Below, in pieces: positions 57,965-64,000 of a stretch of 64,000 nucleotides of DNA; positions within the stretch are counted from its first letter, which is position 1, and the number at the start of each line of letters is the position of its first letter. A program made the translations under genes and the position numbers. A model generated the notes under the pieces. It was not told the origin of the DNA. It ran no database searches and was given only the letters and a program-made list of their open reading frames with translations. This stretch comes from the human T2T-CHM13v2.0 reference genome, Homo sapiens, in assembly GCF_009914755.1 (NCBI RefSeq), contig NC_060928.1, one strand, 5' to 3'.

Positions 57965-58044
57965 TTAAGTTCTTGCAAAAGTCATTGTAGTCTTTGACAT
58001 TGAAAGTAATGACAAAGACCACAATTACTTTTGCACCAAATGGA
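57965..58044. mobile_element. MADE1 mariner MITE (80 bp, palindromic)
   Basis: 'tgcaaaagtcattgtagtctttgacatt-gaaagt-aatgacaaagaccacaattacttttgca'; TA TSDs at 57963-57964 and 58045-58046. Confidence 0.9.
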
Positions 58045-58580
58045 TACAATGGAAAACTTAAGTTACTGTTAATATTTTCTCTGTGTATGGAAACCTCCAG
58101 TCGCTAGAAACTAGCACTCATCCCCTTCACACATACCTCTTATTCCCAAATTAGGATTTTTCCAAGTCTAAGTCCCACAGGGCACATGCACAGAACTCAC
58201 TGTATGACATTGATTCAACCAGTTCAATGAAAAGAATTCTGTTTCAAAGCATCCCTAAATGTAGAAACTCGTGTTCTGTAGAATTCAAACAAATAAAATT
58301 GATTCATTTGTGTAAGATATGGTTTGGTGTTAATCTGTCAAAATGTTGGATATGCTTCAAAATTTTTCTTATGATATTTTGTCCTAATGTGAGTTTACTA
58401 AAATTAACTGGTATAGTTTGAATATTTTATTCAGGAATTGGGAAAAATAGATATTTGTTTAATAGTTGCAATGATTTTTTTGACTATCAAGATTTTTCAT
58501 GTCAAGTTCAGTATCATGGAATCCACATGGCTAACTAAAAAGGATGCCATGATTTTAGGTGGGGGAAATGTCACTTATTT

Positions 58581-58926
<346 letters not shown>

Positions 58927-58985
58927 TAAAGTAGCTTATATAGATACATTCAGTACAAAAACTATGTCCACATAAGGGAAACTTC

Positions 58986-59011
58986 TTTGATAACCCAGTT
59001 GGGTTATCAAA
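58986..59011. repeat. Perfect 12-bp inverted repeat with a 2-nt spacer
   Basis: TTTGATAACCCA-GT-TGGGTTATCAAA. Confidence 0.95.
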
Positions 59012-59820
59012 TTAACCTACAATTAGTTAATTGGTTTATGAAGAACTCATTTTAAGAGTATGCAAAATCCATTCATAATCACCATGTTAAAGCCAGTTAA
59101 GATTTTTATTCTATATAAATTTTAAGACAACATTTTGTGGAAAAGGCAAAAAATGTTTATAAAGAGGTCGGTAAGAAGCTTTTCATAAAATTTCCTAATG
59201 AAGTTACAAAAGATGAGAAGTTGGCAATGATAACTAAAATTTAATCTGGGTTAATTTTATTTTTTTCCTAGAAGCATTTCTAACAAAGCATCTCATGACT
59301 TCACTGGAATTGAAAAGTATAAAATAACTGTATTTGGTTTGCATAACCCTCTCTGGAGATGCGTGGGCAGGGAGGACACAAAGCACAATAGTGAGCACAC
59401 CTGTGTCCCCTAACAACATTTCACAGGTGATATCAGGTCAAAATAAGCATCAGAGATGTCAGGAAGTAAAAAAATAAATCATGAAAGAAATAGCCTGCTG
59501 GGACTTCTTATCCCCTGTGCCAACCTCCTTCAATCTTTCAGAATCTGTATGGGAAAGAGGGGTGGCCATAGACACTTCTTAAAAATGGGAAGTGGAGATT
59601 TAAGCATTGGCTGCCCATAATGTTGACTTTTTTTCTTCTGAAAATATGGGCCAAGTCCTTACCTATCTTCCTGAAACATGTCACACCCAATAGTACCCAC
59701 ATCAGTACAAAATACGGATAACCCTGAAGGCCGATGTACTTAAAAGATGCATTAAAATTAAGAACTATGAAAAAATAAGCTGCTGCTTACCTCCCACGAA
59801 GATCTGTGTTACTATGCTAA

Positions 59821-60151
<331 letters not shown>

Positions 60152-61031
60152 CATTCTGAAACTTTCACGAGATCAAACGCAGACACCTGAGTTAAGGAAA
60201 GTGAGATGTGAGACAGGTAGAGATTTTGTGCCCGTTCGAGAAGCAAATGTATAATTTATGAACATCTTTCATCTCCACAAATGGTGAACATATTTTTTAT
60301 TATTTTTTAACTGCAAAATATTCTCATTCTCATGAATTTGTTTAAGAGTCATTTACTTGCAAAATGTTGAGAAACCTGTGTTCTGTTCTTGGCAAATAAC
60401 CTTGGCATTAGCAACTGCAGAAGCAGATGCTTGTCCACACTGTTATCCAGAAAGAAAAAAAAAACACTCCAAGGTCAGAACTAGCTGAAAAAACTACAGC
60501 AAACCACAGATGAAGAAAAATACAGAAAATGAATGATGAACAAGAAGGGTGGGAACCAGTGATTCTGCCTGAATTCCATTGAATTTAGTGGTGTGTATTA
60601 CTTAGAGGAAGAAAGCAAGTAGCACCCACAAGCATTCATTATGATTAGCCTTTATCATGATAGTCTCACCTTGAATTGTAAAATTTTATTACACAGCTTT
60701 GTAATTAGGCTAAAGTCATCACACTAATGCCAGCTTTATGAAATATTGCAGAAGTTCTTCCTATTATTCATTGAGATGAAATAATTTTTTGAAGTGTGAT
60801 TAAATCCAAGCTCCAATCAGAAAAGCAGATTACTCACCCTGATGATCAAGCAACAATAAAAATTTGTCCAATGTCAAAGAGCTGGAAACAAATAGGACAC
60901 ATTTACTGTTATAAAAGAAATCTCTGAAAATTTTAATGTTTGTTTCATCTGCACAAAACACACATCAAAAGAAATGCTACACAAATGCTGCACTTGTACA
61001 AATTTGTTTCGGTGTTTCTTCTTTCTACCTG

Positions 61032-61646
61032 TGTCAGAGGCATTGGAACTGGACTGGCTCAAGGTTGAACAGGGGCTGGATAAAATGAGGCTGAGACCTG
61101 CTGGGCTGCATTCCCAGGGGGTGAGGCATTCTTAGTCACAGGATGAGAAAGCAAGATACAGGTCACAAAGACCCTACTGATAAAAGAGAATGCAGCAAAG
61201 AAGCTGGCCAAAACCAAGAGAGCAATGAAAGTGACCTGTGGTAATCCTCACTGCTCATTCTATGCTAATTATAATGCATCAACAGGCTAAAAGACTCTCC
61301 CACCAGCCCATGACAGTTTACAAATACCATGGCAATGTCTGGATGTTACCCTAGATGATCTAGAAACATGGGAGGAACCCTCAGTTGGGGGAGCTCCCCA
61401 CCCCTTTCTTAGAAAACTCATGAATAATCCACCCCTTGTTTAATATATAATCAAGAAATAACAACAAGTATACAGAGCAGCAGCCCATGCCGCTGTTCTG
61501 TCTATGGAGTAGCCATTCTTTTATTCCTTCACTTTCTTAATAAACTTGCTTTCACCTTACTCTGTGGACCTACTCTGAATTCTTTATTGTGCAAGACCCA
61601 AGAACCCTCTTCTTGGGGTCTGGATCAGGACCCCTTTCCAGTAACA
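61032..61646 (+). mobile_element. MER41 (ERV1) solo LTR
   Basis: 'tgtcagaggc...ggctgagacctgctgggctgcattcccag' to 'ggacccctttccagtaaca'; near-TSD cctg/ccta. Confidence 0.9.
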
Positions 61647-62192
61647 CCTAGATTTATAGAGTAGGCTAATCGTTGGCAAAGGAAAAAAATGAACATAATG
61701 TAAAGGTTATTCAGGATCAAAGCTAACATCTACCAAGTGAATAATTTGCTCTAATTGGAATGAATTCTGTGGAAGCATTTGGAAATGTAATGGTCTGTAA
61801 AAATAGTAAATAAATGCTTCCTGACCAACTATTGCAGGTGATTGAACAGTGATTTGATTTCGGTGCTTAGTAGTGCTTACTTCTGCCTATCTGACATTGC
61901 TTATGTCAACTTCGTTACGAATATCCAAGTTGATTTCCAGGTTTCAGATTCAATCTCTGTGCTTGGAGGTGGATTACAGAAAAGCATACATGGGGACCCA
62001 GTGAACATGTCAATTAGCCTGAAAGGAAGCACAATTTTTATTCCCTCCTATCAAGTTCAGGCAGGCAAATATCCTGACAGAGATTTAAGAGTTCCAGGAG
62101 GTCGCTTCTATCACTGGTCTCCCAGGCAAGGAAAGATGCTAGTTTTCACAGCTAACTAAAATGCTCTGAAAGCTGACCTTGGGCTGTTTCTT

Positions 62193-62621
62193 TTTCTTTT
62201 TTTTTTTTTTTAATTATACATTAAGTTCTAGGGTACATGTGCAGAACATGCAGGTTTGTTACATATGTATACATGTGCCATGTTGGTGTGCTGCACCCAT
62301 TAACTCGTCATTTACATTAGATATATTTCCTAATGCTATCCCTCCCCACTTCCCCCACCCCATGACAGGCCCCAGTGTGTGATGTTCCCCTTCCTGTGTC
62401 CAAGTGTTCTCATTGTTCAATTCCCACCTATGAGTGAGAACATGCAGTGTTTGGTTTTTTGTCCTTGCGATAGTTTTCTAATAATGATGGTTTCCAGCTT
62501 CATCCATGTCCCTACAAAGGACATGAACTCATCCTTTTTTATGGCTACATAGAATTCCATGGTGTATATGTGCCACATTTTCTTAATCCAGTCTATCATT
62601 GATGGACATTTGGGTTGGTTC
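62193..62621 (-). mobile_element. 5'-truncated L1PA (L1PA4-6-like) 3' end
   Basis: ORF2 C-terminus ([15 protein letters not shown]...) plus 3'UTR and poly(A); TSD 'tgggctgtttctt' (62180-62192 / 62622-62634). Confidence 0.93.
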
Positions 62622-62898
62622 TGGGCTGTTTCTTAACCTCTCCTCCAGCAGAATGGGATTGGAGGGTGCTACCAGCACACAGGCCCAGGAGCAGAGGTGG
62701 GAGATGGCTATTGCTTCACTTCTTCACTTACCCAGACTGAAATGAAAGCTCATTTTCTTCAGTTTGGATGATTGGAGATATTTTAAAAAAAATGAATGGC
62801 AATAAAATCTTCAACAAGGGGGCATTTCATAAAGTAAAATTTTGGATTCAAATTTTACTAATATTTTGGCTGTAGATTACACACAGTTCGTGCAATAG

Positions 62899-63211
<313 letters not shown>

Positions 63212-63279
63212 TTACTGTACTTTTATTAGGGAGCCACTTGATACTTTAATTCTACTTTTCACATACCACCTAGTGTGTT

Positions 63280-63378
63280 CAAGATGCTCGACTTCTTAAG
63301 GGCAGATTTTATTTTATTCATCCATGTCGCCTCCACAGCATCTGTTTAGCACCGTGCCATAAACAAATGCTTGTTGCT
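63280..63378. mobile_element. L2 3' fragment
   Basis: 'cttaagggcaga...ttattcatc', 'tagcaccgtgcc...aaatgcttgttg'. Confidence 0.55.
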
Positions 63379-64000
63379 GCTCTCAGGTCTCAGCACCACA
63401 TCTCACTGATATTTCCTCACCTCTTGTGATGTAGAAATCAGATCCTATATTCCTCGGGTGTATTAGTTTATTCCATTAGTTTATTCCAGGATTTACTTAT
63501 TTTCTTCCAGTCCCCATTTCCATCCATTTTCTCCAGTCCTATTTTTTTTTTCCTTTGGTCAGTCCTACTGCCTAATGATTAGACAGGTGACAGAAAACAT
63601 GCAAGTATGGAAGATCATCAATAAATATGCATCATTTGATTGACTGAAAGTCATCAGAGGAGGCAGAACAAGAAAAGTCAAGGACGGTATGACAGAAACA
63701 AAAAACTATATAGAACATAAGACAAAGTGGTACCTTAGGGATGTCTGATCATCCTCTAAACACAGAACAAGAACTCCCTATATAAAATACAATAATCTAA
63801 AATTTACCATACAATTTGGTCTTTGTGTTCTGTGTGTCAGAGGCCTACCATCATCTGTGATATTCACAGACTCTTGTCAGTGAAAAGAAAGAAGCCCCAG
63901 GCATTCTGTTGGGAGCTTCACTAAAATATCCCCACCAACAAGAGGTGCTTTCTCATTAAAGTCTCAGGAGTTTCTGTTTTTAAGGCCAGAAATCTTTTTT

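Noticed and set aside
61842-62159. 105-aa ORF downstream of MER41
   Set aside because: Non-ATG start, no recognisable homology, no supporting exon structure.

Overview
This is AT-rich primate genomic DNA, most likely human or great ape (it carries AluY, LTR12C and an L1PA2/3-type LINE), and it looks intronic or intergenic. More than half of it is interspersed repeat. The largest elements are a near full-length decayed L1PB-type LINE (+, ~3.1-9.9 kb) whose 5' region holds a ~112-bp tandem array, a solo LTR12C/ERV9 with a 4-bp TSD, and a full-length young L1PA2/3 (-, ~50.5-56.5 kb). In that young L1, ORF1 and ORF2 are each broken by a single nonsense codon, while the antisense ORF0 is intact. 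The rest comprises about 12 Alu copies (most with TSDs), MaLR/ERVL/ERV1 solo LTRs (MLT1, MLT2, MER39/34-like, MER41), MER58A, a MADE1 MITE, many old L1M/L2/MIR fragments and microsatellites. I recognise no host protein-coding gene, RNA gene or CRISPR array. Several splice-site-bounded segments, mostly on the minus strand, hint at an unannotated or non-coding transcript but cannot be confirmed from sequence alone. I found no convincing novel biological system. The best leads are the regulatory potential of TE copies (LTR12C, L1 antisense promoter/ORF0, the MER41 GAS site, the MADE1 hairpin), a perfect GATA-containing palindrome and a candidate exon interrupted by an Alu. Subfamily names were assigned by eye from remembered consensus features, and the boundaries of old elements are approximate.
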